Origin: Macrostomum hystrix | Taxonomy: Eukaryota; Animalia; Platyhelminthes | Direction of reading: 5' to 3' | Assembly: GCA_950097015.1 (NCBI GenBank) | Contig: CATNEN010000025.1 | Coordinates: forward strand, 2,480,001 to 2,544,000 | DNA: 64,000 nucleotides | Shown: positions 12,300 to 24,112 of the stretch, in pieces | Position numbering within the stretch: the stretch's first letter is position 1 | Layout of the letters: every line of letters begins with the position of its first letter | The notes under the pieces: model-generated | The model's input: only the letters and a program-made list of their open reading frames with translations | Told to the model about the DNA's origin: nothing | Databases searched by the model: none | Made by a program: the position numbers and the translations under genes

Positions 12300-14757
12300 A
12301 CAATGTCCCTGCCTTGCCTACAGCCACTCCAGTGAACACTGTCCCTGCCTTGCCTACAGCCACTCCAGTGAACACTGTCCCTGCCTTGCCTACAGCCACT
12401 CCAGTGAACACTGTCCCTGCCTTGCCTACAGCCACTCCAGTGAACACTGTCCCTGCCTTGCCTACAGCCACTCCAGTGAACACTGTCGCTACCAACATAC
12501 AGCCACTCCAGTGTACACTGTCCCTGCATTGCCTACAGCCCCTCCAGTGTACACTGTCGCTACCAACATACAGCCACTCCAGTGAACACTGTCCCTGCAT
12601 TGCCTACAGCCCCTCCAGTGAACACTGTCCCTGCATTGCCTACAGCCACTCCAGTGTACACTGTCGCTACCAACATACAGCCACTCCAGTGAACACTGTC
12701 CCTGCCTTGCCTACAGCCCCTCCAGTGTACACTGTCCCTGCCTTGCCTACAGCCACTCCAGTGAACACTGTCCCTGCCTTGCCTACAGCCCTTCCAGTGT
12801 ACACTGTCCCTGCCTTGCCTACAGCCCCTCCAGTGTACACTGTCGCTACCAACATACAGCCACTCCAGTGAACACTGTCCCTGCATTGCCTACAGCCCTC
12901 CAGTGAACACTGTCCCTGCATTGCCTACAGCCACTCCAGTGTACACTGTCGCTACCAACATACAGCCACTCCAGTGAACACTGTCCCTGCATTGCCTACA
13001 GCCACTCCAGTGAACACTGTCCCTGCCTTGCCTACAGCCACTCCAGTGAACACTGTCCCTGCCTTGCCTACAGCCACTCCAGTGAACACTGTCCCTGCCT
13101 TGCCTACAGCCACTCCAGTGAACACTGTCCCTGCCTTGCCTACAGCCCTTCCAGTGTACACTGTCCCTGCCTTGCCTACAGCCCCTCCAGTGAACACTGT
13201 CCCTGCCTTGCCTACAGCCCTCCAGTGAACACTGTCCCTGCCTTGCCTACAGCCCCTCCAGTGTACACTGTCGCTACCAACATACAGCCACTCCAGTGAA
13301 CACTGTCCCTGCATTGCCTACAGCCCTCCAGTGAACACTGTCCCTGCATTGCCTACAGCCACTCCAGTGTACACTGTCGCTACCAACATACAGCCACTCC
13401 AGTGAACACTGTCCCTGCATTGCCTACAGCCACTCCAGTGAACACTGTCCCTGCCTTGCCTACAGCCACTCCAGTGAACACTGTCCCTGCCTTGCCTACA
13501 GCCACTCCAGTGAACACTGTCCCTGCCTTGCCTACAGCCACTCCAGTGAACACTGTCCCTGCATTGCCTACAGCCACTCCAGTGAACACTGTCCCTGCCT
13601 TGCCTACAGCCACTCCAGTGAACACTGTCCCTGCCTTGCCTACAGCCACTCCAGTGAACACTGTCCCTGCCTTGCCTACAGCCACTCCAGTGAACACTGT
13701 CCCTGCCTTGCCTACAGCCACTCCAGTGAACACTGTCCCTGCATTGCCTACAGCCACTCCAGTGTACACTGTCCCTGCCTTGCCTACAGCCCCTCCAGTG
13801 TACACTGTCGCTACCAACATACAGCCACTCCAGTGTACACTGTCCCTGCCTTGCCTACAGCCCCTCCAGTGAACACTGTCCCTGCCTCGCCTACAGCCCC
13901 TCCAGTGTACACTGTCCCTGCATTGCCTACAGCCCCTCCAGTGAACACTGTCCCTGCCTTGCCTACAGCCACTCCAGTGTACACTGTCCCTGCCTTGCCT
14001 ACAGCCCCTCCAGTGTACACTGTCCCTGCCTTGCCTACAGCCCCTCCAGTGTACACTGTCCCTGCCTTGCCTACAGCCCCTCCAGTGTACACTGTCGCTA
14101 CCAACATACAGCCACTCCAGTGAACACTGTCCCTGCATTGCCTACAGCCCCTCCAGTGTACACTGTCGCTACCAACATACAGCCACTCCAGTGAACACTG
14201 TCGCTACCAACATACAGCCACTCCAGTGAACACTGTCCCTGCATTGCCTACAGCCCCTCCAGTGTACACTGTCGCTACCAACATACAGCCACTCCAGTGT
14301 ACACTGTCCCTGCCTTGCCTACAGCCCCTCCAGTGAACACTGTCCCTGCCTTGCCTACAGCCCCTCCAGTGTACACTGTCCCTGCATTGCCTACAGCCCC
14401 TCCAGTGAACACTGTCCCTGCCTTGCCTACAGCCACTCCAGTGTACACTGTCCCTGCCTTGCCTACAGCCCCTCCAGTGTACACTGTCCCTGCCTTGCCT
14501 ACAGCCCCTCCAGTGTACACTGTCCCTGCCTTGCCTACAGCCCCTCCAGTGTACACTGTCGCTACCAACATACAGCCACTCCAGTGAACACTGTCCCTGC
14601 ATTGCCTACAGCCCCTCCAGTGTACACTGTCGCTACCAACATACAGCCACTCCAGTGAACACTGTCGCTACCAACATACAGCCACTCCAGTGAACACTGT
14701 CCCTGCATTGCCTACAGCCACTCCAGTGTACAATGTCGCTACCAACCTACAGCCACT
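12300..14757. repeat. 36/35-bp minisatellite (CCACTCCAGTGAACACTGTCCCTGCCTTGCCTACAG) with block duplications
   Basis: 2.45-kb array of two interleaved monomer types. Confidence 0.97.
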
Positions 14758-15174
14758 TATAAGCCTCACTTTAGTCTCACTTATTTCTCACAGAAATTAA
14801 TTTGCCAGCTTTTGCAAACACACGCTAAAAGTTTGGTGTTTCGAAGCAGTGCCATTCAAGCATAAAATAGGCTTCCCGTGTGTTGGGTTGGGTTTTTGTT
14901 ATAAAATTCTCTTTTCTGCTTCAGTGAATTAGAAGCTGGATATGCCTCAATTCCTGGCACAAGCTAGTGAAAGGATTTTTCCCCTGGGACACAGGAGCCC
15001 AGTATGGGTGCAGTGTGACACTGGGGGAGACTCATTTTGCACCGCACGGGTTTCAAAATCTAAATTTTTTTTTTAAACTTTTCACTATCAACAGTAGAGT
15101 GACAGTTGGGCGTTTCAAATACCCACATTTTTCTGAGTACGAAATTTCATTAAGTAACCATGTCGGTTATCATT

Positions 15175-16715
15175 GTGAAACACGAACCATAAAGCTAGGG
15201 AAACACGAACCATAAAGCTAGGAAACACGAACCATAAAGCTAGGAAACACGAACCATAAAGCTAGGAAACACGAACCATAAAGCTAGGAAACACGAACCA
15301 TAAAGCTAGGAAACACGAACCATAAAGCTAGGAAACACGAACCATGAAGCTAGGAAACACGAACCATAAGGCTAGGAAACACGAACCATAAAGCTAGGAA
15401 ACACGAACCATGAAGCTAGGAAACACAAACCATAAGGCTAGGAAACACGAACCATAAAGCTAGGAAACACGAACCATAAAGCTAGGAAACACGAACCATG
15501 AAGCTAGGAAACACGAACCATAAAGCTAGGAAACACGAAACATAAAGCTAGGAAACACGAACCATGAAGCTAGGAAACACGAATCATAAAGCTAGGAAAC
15601 ACGAACCATAAAGCTAGGAAACACGAACCATATAGCTAGGAAACACGAACCATGAGGCTAGGAAACACGAACCATAAAGCTAGGAAACACGAACCATAAG
15701 GCTAGGAAACACGAACCATGAGGCTAGGAAACACGAACCATGAGGCTAGGAAACACGAACCATGAAGCTAGGAAACACGAACCATAAAGCTAGGAAACAC
15801 GAACCATAAAGCTAGGAAACACGAACCATAAGGCTAGGAAACACGAACCATGAAGCTAGGAAACACGAACCATGAGGCTAGGAAACACGAACCATAAAGC
15901 TAGGAAACACGAACCATAAAGCTAGGAAACACGAACCATAAAGCTAGGAAACACGAACCATAAATCTAGGAAACACGAACCATGAAGCTAGGAAACACGA
16001 ACCATAAGGCTAGGAAACACGAACCATAAGGCTAGGAAACACGAACCATGAAGCTAGGAAACACGAACCATAAAGCTAGGAAACACGAACCATGAGGCTA
16101 GGAAACACGAACCATAAAGCTAGGAAACACGAACCATGAAGCTAGGAAACACGAACCATAAAGCTAGGAAACACGAACCATGAGGCTAGGAAACACGAAC
16201 CATAAGGCTAGGAAACACGAACCATGAAGCTAGGAAACACGAACCATGAAGCTAGGAAACACGAACCATAAAGCTAGGAAACACGAACCATGAAGCTAGG
16301 AAACACGAACCATAAGGCTAGGAAACACGAACCATAAAGCTAGGAAACACGAACCATAAAGCTAGGAAACACGAACCATAAAGCTAGGAAACACGAACCA
16401 TAAAGCTAGGAAACACGAACCATAAAGCTAGGAAACACGAACCATAAAGCTAGGAAACACGAACCATAAAGCTAGGAAACACGAACCATAAAGCTAGGAA
16501 ACACGAACCATAAAGCTAGGAAACACGAACCATAAAGCTAGGAAACACGAACCATAAAGCTAGGAAACACGAACCATAAAGCTAGGAAACACGAACCATA
16601 AAGCTAGGAAACACGAACCATAAAGCTAGGAAACACGAACCACAAGGCTAGGAAACACGAACCATAAAGCTAGGAAACACGAACCATAAAGCTGGGAAAC
16701 ACGAACCATAAAGCT
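15175..16715. repeat. 22-bp minisatellite (GCTAGGAAACACGAACCATAAA)
   Basis: About 70 units, homogeneous toward the 3' end. Confidence 0.97.
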
Positions 16716-18264
16716 TTCTAATATATTTTTTATCGCATTGAAATGCTAAAACTAGAAAATAGAAACAAGCATCGTAGTGCACTACTGTTCTATACCGGAA
16801 AGTAGTATGTCGAGGTGCATGTAATACACACACCTCTTTTTTTGAACAAGCCTAATATTTAGCCTTAATCAGTGAAATCGGAGAAATTTTTCACAGGGTG
16901 TCCACAGTGGCCTAGTTCCACCTGTTGTCCTTGAAGGTCCAGCTGTGCGTCTAGATAAAGGTAGGTGACCACCGAAGAATGAGATGCTGCAGGCACATTC
17001 GGGTGACATGCTGATAAATGTTGAAGGCCTGGCAAGGCCGCACTGAGGCGCAGTGCTAATTCGGGTATAAAGGGTGTAGGCAATACACTACCGCTCTTTT
17101 GGAAAAATCAGACCTTCGGCCAGAACCATTGAATATCCCGACGGTCTGAAGAGCTGGCGACTTGATTCTTGTTTCAGAAGATGCGCAACAAAAAGTTGGC
17201 CCGTGTTCTTGAGTTTCGTGAGCTTGCGTTGCTGCTCCGTTCGGGTGCATCAAGAATCATGGGGGAATTCCCCACTGATAAAATTGTGCCAAAATTAGTT
17301 TTATGCAGTTAATCAATCACAGCTGATATGTTAGTGTGAAAACGAAATCGCTTTTGTGATTGAAAATGGATTTTTTATGAACAAAAACTGTGCAGGTTAC
17401 TTCTTACGTACACTGAGCGGATTATAGCCAGGCCAATTATGAAATGCTTTCTCAGATTTCATTGCTCCATTGCTTCCCAGAAGCAGTTGCCAGAAGTTTT
17501 AGGGGTTTCGTCAGCTGCAGCTAAGCCTCTTAAATATTGTACCGCCCGCCATGCCGTGACTTAAGAGAGCCTAGATTTAAAATCAAAGACAGACAGACTT
17601 GCTTAGGCTCCTCGCAATCGGAGGCCAATGAAACATAGGGAAAGTTTTGCTAGTCGTGTGACACCTTCACTATTCAAACAGGGGCGCCGCAACCAACCCC
17701 ACCGATACTCCATCCGGTGTGGGGGTGTTAAGCATTCGCGAAGTGCCAAATACCGCCCCCACACACTCACACTCACACACGGCAAGAAAGATCCGATTTT
17801 GGGCGAGTTCTATTATTAACACTGAAATCTGAGCTGATTAGAATGGGAGTGGAAATTGTGGGACTTTGCGAAATAGATATGATAGGAATATGGGAACATT
17901 GTAAGCTGAAAAAAAGGAATTGGCAAATAGACTGAATATTGGGACACCTACCCTTGCCGTTTATGGCAATCTGCGTTACTCGGGACTTTTCTAACCTAGG
18001 TAACTATTTTTTAACGGAAACGCCTTGTAGTAATGTCGCATTTGTTCTATAATGTTACTTCCGTTAGTTCGATGACCGGATGCACAATGAAGAATTTATT
18101 TTTGCTCCTACAAGTGAAGAATAGTTTCAATGTGTATTTGCGAATTTCTTATAGACTGGTTTTAGTGAGCTCAACGATTGTGCATTATTGTTGCTAAGTC
18201 TGTGGATTCTGTCCTATCGTGTTATGGGAGGACTCTTTTCGAGGAATCAAGGGATTGATAGTGA

Positions 18265-19290
18265 TGGGTGAGATTTGATACTGAAGGGTGAGATTCGCTA
18301 CTAAATGTGAGGTTTGATACTGAAACGAGTGAGATATGATACTGAAGTGTGAGATTCGCTACTAAAGGGTGAGATTCGCTACTAAATGGTGAGATTTCTA
18401 AAGGATGAGATTTGATACTGAAGGGTGAGATTTGATACTAAAAGGTGAGATTGGATACTGAAGGGTGAGATTTGATATTGAATGGTGAGATTTGATACTG
18501 AAGGGTGAGATTCGCTACTAAAGGGTGAGGTTTGACACTGAAGCAAGTGAGATATGATACTGAAGGGTGAGATTCGCTACTAAAGGGTGAAATTCGCTAC
18601 TAAAGGGTGAGATTCGCTACTATAGGGTGAGATTCGCTACTAAAGGGTGAGATTCGCTACTAAAGGGTGAGATTCGCTACTAAAGGGTGAGATTCGCTAC
18701 TAAAGGGTGAGATTCGCTACTAAAGGGTGAGATTCGCTACTAAAGGGTGAGATTTGACACTGAAGCAAGTGAGATATGATACTGAAGGGTGAGATTCGCT
18801 ACTAAAGGGTGAGATTTCTAAAGGATGAGATTTGATACTGAAGGGTGAGATTTGATACTAAAAGGTGAGATTTGATACTAAAAGGTGATATTGGATACTG
18901 AAGGGTGAGATTTGATACTGAAGGGTGAGATTTGATACTGAATGGTGAGATTGGATACTGAAGGGTGAGATTTGATACTGAATGGTGAGATTTGATACTG
19001 AAGGGTGAGATTTGATACTGAATGGTGAGATTTGATACTGAATGGTGAGATTTGATACTGAAGGGTGAGATTGGATACTGAAGGGTGAGATTTGATACTG
19101 AATGGTGAGATTTGATACTGAATGGTGAGATTTGATACTGAAGGGTGAGATTGGATACTGAAGGGTGAGATTTGATACTGAATGGTGAGATTTGATACTG
19201 AAGGGTGAGATTTGATACTGAAGGGTGAGATTGGATACTGAAGGGTGACATTTGGTACTGAAGAGTGAGATTTAGAGAATGGAGGGTGAG
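18265..19290. repeat. 20-bp minisatellite (GTGAGATTTGATACTGAAGG / GTGAGATTCGCTACTAAAGG)
   Basis: Two monomer types arranged in blocks. Confidence 0.95.
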
Positions 19291-20523
19291 ATTTGACTTT
19301 GATTTGAGAAGTTAACTACTATTAGGTGGATGTTGTTTATGAAGCAACCGCATAAATATTTTCTGAAATCTTGGCTTTTCCACAATTAGCGAAGACGGGT
19401 AAACTAGTTTTCGTATTCTGAAATTTCATTTCGTCATTTGCTTGCTTGCTTCATTAGCACTCAGTTGCCGTGAGTTTTGTGAACGAGTTTTCATCGATTA
19501 CTGACTGATCGAAGTTAGTTGTAGTTTTAAAACAGTTTAGCATCATAAATTTATCATTTTGATGGTGAGATTAGAGATGAGAACATATATGATGCAGTGA
19601 GAGATAGTGCTCAACCTTCAACTTGAAAACTATAAGACAGCCAACCCCAAATTCAACAGCTTTTTTCATGGCAGAGCTTGCTAAAAAAGATAGAAAAACA
19701 ATGCTTAAACTGCTCATTTTACTGGAACTAGACCTCAGTGTCTGGGTAAAGTTGAATTTGTGGGCACATTGTCACCAAGCTTGATAACCAAACTGACAGG
19801 TCATCAATTTGACGAGTTTCGGTAGACGACTATTCGAGGGCCACATATTGATTGACAGCTGGCAGTTTGAATAGGACTCGACCCGGTGGCTTTGGGGCGG
19901 GGCTACTCGCCTAGTTGTGTAAACAGGCCCCGCTTAACACAATGGGTCAGGGCTCGCCAATTACTGCTATGAATAGTCAATGTAAATCGGCGGGCTGGAC
20001 AGACGGGCGGGCAGACTCGAGACTATAAGACCCTCGCAAGCCCTTGAGGATGAGAGCCAAGTTGCGGAATTTCGAGTATAAGGAGTTCCAAAAGTCGTTT
20101 CTATAGGAAAGCATTGGCTGGAGCCAAGGGCTGTTGGCTGTGTGTTTAACTAGCAGCATCAATATTTGGCCAAGTTGTTGAGTCCGACGCCACAGGTTCT
20201 GAGCGCCCTCAGCATCGACTCACCCACCGAATTTCCGCTGCGCTTTCAAGTTTCCTCACCATAATTATAATTTATTGTTTGTCACTGTCTGGCTTGTTGA
20301 TATGTCTCTGGATTGGATTCTAGTGATCTATTGACAACTTAATCTTTTTCTCTAGATTGCTTCTATAGATCTTTAGACAGTTCGTCTGTATCCTCAATTC
20401 TCTCTCCCTCTCTCTTTCTCCATCTTATTGGCTCTCTCGCCCTTTCCATCTCTATCTATCTCCAATTTCTATCTCCCATCTACCTCTCACTCTCCCTCTC
20501 TCTAACTCTCTCTTTTAATCTCT

Positions 20524-20558
20524 CCCTGACGAAGAATATAATATATTCTAAAGGTCGG
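20524..20558 (+). ncRNA. Degenerate hammerhead ribozyme relic
   Basis: CC-CTGACGA-A-GAATAT(AAT)ATATTC-TAAAG-GTC-GG: CUGANGA, a 6-bp stem II and GUC are present, but GAAAC is mutated to TAAAG. Confidence 0.55.
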
Positions 20559-20619
20559 CCATTGAACTTATAGCCGGAGTGGCTTGCGTCTCTGTGTCTG
20601 TGCCTGTGGGCCTGTGAGG

Positions 20620-21230
20620 CGACATCTCCTCTCTCCCTCTCTCTCTCCCTCTCTCTAACTCTTTCTCACCCTCTCTAACTCTCTCCCACTCTCTCTCACT
20701 CTCTCTCCCACTCTCTAACTCTCTCTCTAACTCTCTCTCTAACTCTTACTCACCCTCTCTAACTCTCTCTCTAACTCTTTCTCAACCTCTCTAACTCTCT
20801 CTCTAACTCTTTCTCATCCTCTCTAACTCTCTCTCTAACTCTTTCTCACCCTCTCTAACTCTCTCTCTAGCTCTTTCTCACCCTCTTTAACTCTCTCTCT
20901 AGCTCTTTCTCACCCTCTCTAACTCTCTCTCTAACTCTTTCTCATCCTCTCTAACTCTCTCTCTAACTCTTTCTCACCCTCTCTAACTCTCTCTCTAGCT
21001 CTTTCTCACCCTCTTTAACTCTCTCTCTAGCTCTTTCTCACCCTCTCTAACTCTCTCTCTAACTCTTTCTCACCCTCTTTAACTCTCTCACTCTATAACT
21101 CACTCTCTTACTCTCTTAAACTCTCTCCCTTTCTGTATCTTTCTCCCCTTTCTGTATCTTTCTCTCTCTCCCATTCTGTATCTTTCTCCCCTTTCTGTCT
21201 TTCTCTCTCTCTTTCTGCTTCTCTGCTTCT
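20620..21230. repeat. CT-rich compound mini/microsatellite
   Basis: CTCTCTCTAACTCTTTCTCACC-type units. Confidence 0.9.
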
Positions 21231-21899
21231 ATATCGATTCTCCCCCAATATCGACTAGTACCCTTCTATTCCTCTTCTCTCTCGACCATAATTATAATTA
21301 TCCCGCGCAGCAATCTTCACACATTGCCAGTTCCCAAAGTCTGTCGCGGCTACTGTTGCAGATCCTGCAGACGCCTCCATCTTTGATTACCTATGATTAC
21401 TGGTTGCCCATTCTTATTATCCCCAGGTGGTGAAAATTTGTGGGTTTTAAATATCCTCGTCTTCACTAATTCTAAAGTGACTTTTGACTCCACACAGTGT
21501 CCACTGAATGAGCAATTCAGCTTCTCATCATCATCATCAATGGGCCATTATCCCCGCCTCCCATTAATATCTCTCTATGATTATCCCCTTTGGGATAAAC
21601 TTTGGGATTTAACAAAATAATTAGCAGCCAATATCAAATATCCCAGAGTGTCTCGGCTTTGTTTAACTTTCGCTTTCAGTCCGACTCACGAATTCAAATT
21701 CAAACTACGAGAATCGAACGAGTGTCATTGTGTCAATTGATGGCGCGCAGCAGATTCGAACTCAGGGACCTCGGAGAAATGCCACTCCGCCACTCCATCT
21801 ACCTGATAACAAATGAGTCTTAGCCTTTTTTATTTATCTCAAACTGTCTATATCTTTTCTCTCCCTTACTCTCTTCTGATACTTCAGAATTTGATACTT

Positions 21900-23390
21900 C
21901 TCTATCAAATTCTCTCTTACTCTCTCTACTTCTCTATCAAATTCTCTCTTACTCTCTCTAATTCTCTATCTAACTCTCTCTTACTCTCTCTACTTCTCTA
22001 TCTAACTCTCTCTTACTCTCTCTACTTCTCTATCTAACTCTCTCTAACTATCTCTACTTCTCTATCTAACTCTCTCTAACTCTCTCTACTTCTCTATCTA
22101 ACTCTCTCTAACTCTCTCTACTTCTCTCTCTAACTCTCTCTAACTCTCTCTACTTCTCTATCTAACTCTCTCTAACTCTCTCTACTTCTCTATATAACTC
22201 TCTCTAACTCTCTCTACTTCTCTATCTAACTCTCTCTAACTCTCTCTACTTCTCTATCTAACTCTCTCTTACTCTCTCTACTTCTCTATCTAACTCTCTC
22301 TTACTCTCTCTACTTCTCTATCTAACTCTCTCTAACTCTCTCTAACTCTCTCTACTTCTCTATCTAACTCTCTCTAACTCTCTATACTTCTCTATCTAAC
22401 TCTCTCTTACTCTCTCTACTTCTCTATCTAACTCTCTCTTACTCTCTCTACTTCTCTATCTAACTCTCTCTAACTCTCTCTAACTCTCTCTACTTCTCTA
22501 TCTAACTCTCTCTAACTCTCTATACTTCTCTATCTAACTCTCTCTAACTCTCTCTACTTCTCTATCTAACTCTCTCTAACTCTCTCTACTTCTCTATTTA
22601 ACTCTCTCTAACTCTCGCTACTTCTCTATCTAACTCTCTCTAACTCTCTCTACTTCTCTATCTAACTCTCTCTAACTCTCTCTACTTCTCTCTCTAACTC
22701 TCTCTAACTCTCTCTACTTCTCTCTCTAACTCTCTCTAACTCTCTCTACTTCTCTATCTAACTCTCTCTAACTCTCTCTACTTCTCTATCTAACTCTCTC
22801 TAACTCTCTCTACTTCTCTATCTAACTCTCTCTAACTCTCTCTACTTCTCTATCTAACTCTCTCTTACTCTCTCTACTTCTCTATCTAACTCTCTCTAAC
22901 TCTCTCTACTTCTCTATCTAACTCTCTCTAACTCTCTCTACTTCTCTATCTAACTCTCTCTAACTCTCTCTACTTCTCTATCTAACTCTCTCTAACTCTC
23001 TCTACTTCTCTATTTAACTCTCTCTTACTCTCGCTACTTCTTTATCTAACTCTCTCTAACTCTCTCTCTACTTCTCTATCTAACTCTCTCTAACTCTCTC
23101 TACTTCTCTCTCTAACTCTCTCTAACTCTCTCTACTTCTCTATCTAACTCTCTCTAACTCTCTCTACTTCTCTATCTAACTCTCTCTAACTCTCTCTACT
23201 TCTCTATCTAACTCTCTCTAACTCTCTCTACTTCTCTATCTAACTCTCTCTTACTCTCTCTACTTCTCTATCTAACTCTCTCTAACTCTCTCTACTTCTC
23301 TATCTAACTCTCTCTAACTCTCTCTACTTCTCTATCTAACTCTCTCTAACTCTCTCTACTTCTCTATCTAACTCTCTCTTACTCTCTCTC
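21900..23390. repeat. 32-bp CT-rich minisatellite (ACTCTCTCTAACTCTCTCTACTTCTCTATCTA)
   Basis: 1.5-kb polypyrimidine array. Confidence 0.95.
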
Positions 23391-24112
23391 GCTTTTTCTT
23401 TACCGCCTCAGTGCCCGGGATTGGAGGTTCTCACCTCATAATTGAAACTTCATTTAAATTTTCAGCCAAATAAACGTACATACGCTCGCATGTTCTATGA
23501 TACACGATTTATATTTATCTAATTGTTGTTAACTTGTCAGTTCTGGCATTTGAGATTATAAGAATCGGGCAAAATAACAAGCAGACACTCGTTGCTGTAA
23601 AACAGTTGCTGTAAAACACTAAAGGCATATAATATTAACACAGTGAATAGAACGAATTAGAAAACAGCTTGTAGGACGATTTCATTTTTAACTGAGATCG
23701 TAGAGAGAGAGAAAATGAAAGGATCTACAGTCTTTGTGTGACACAAAAGACCTGCCTATACATAGTAGAGAGAACTAAAGTTAAAAAATGATTCAATTGA
23801 AGCTTCTATCTTTGCATTGGTTAGTTTTGCATGAAATTTGTAGAGAGGAAACAAGCTGACAGCAGAAGTGGTGTGAAAGATAGGGACAGATATAAATTGA
23901 TTACCTCTAACATTTATAGCAAGCTTTTAGCAAATTCGCGGCAGATTAATGACTGATCTCTCTGGTGTGTGAGTACGCTGCTTTCGCGAGAACAATCTGT
24001 CCAACGCAGACGTGGTGAAAGAGACACAAATGGAAAAAAAACTGGGTACAGGCATTGAAGGATTAAAGCAGCAGTTGAGTTTGCTGGGCCAGTGCACTTA
24101 GAATTCTGTCCA

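Noticed and set aside
12300-14757. Mucin-like PTATPVNTVPAL ORFs
   Set aside because: They are open in several frames on both strands, frameshift at 35-bp units and have no signal peptide or splice context; these are repeat translations.
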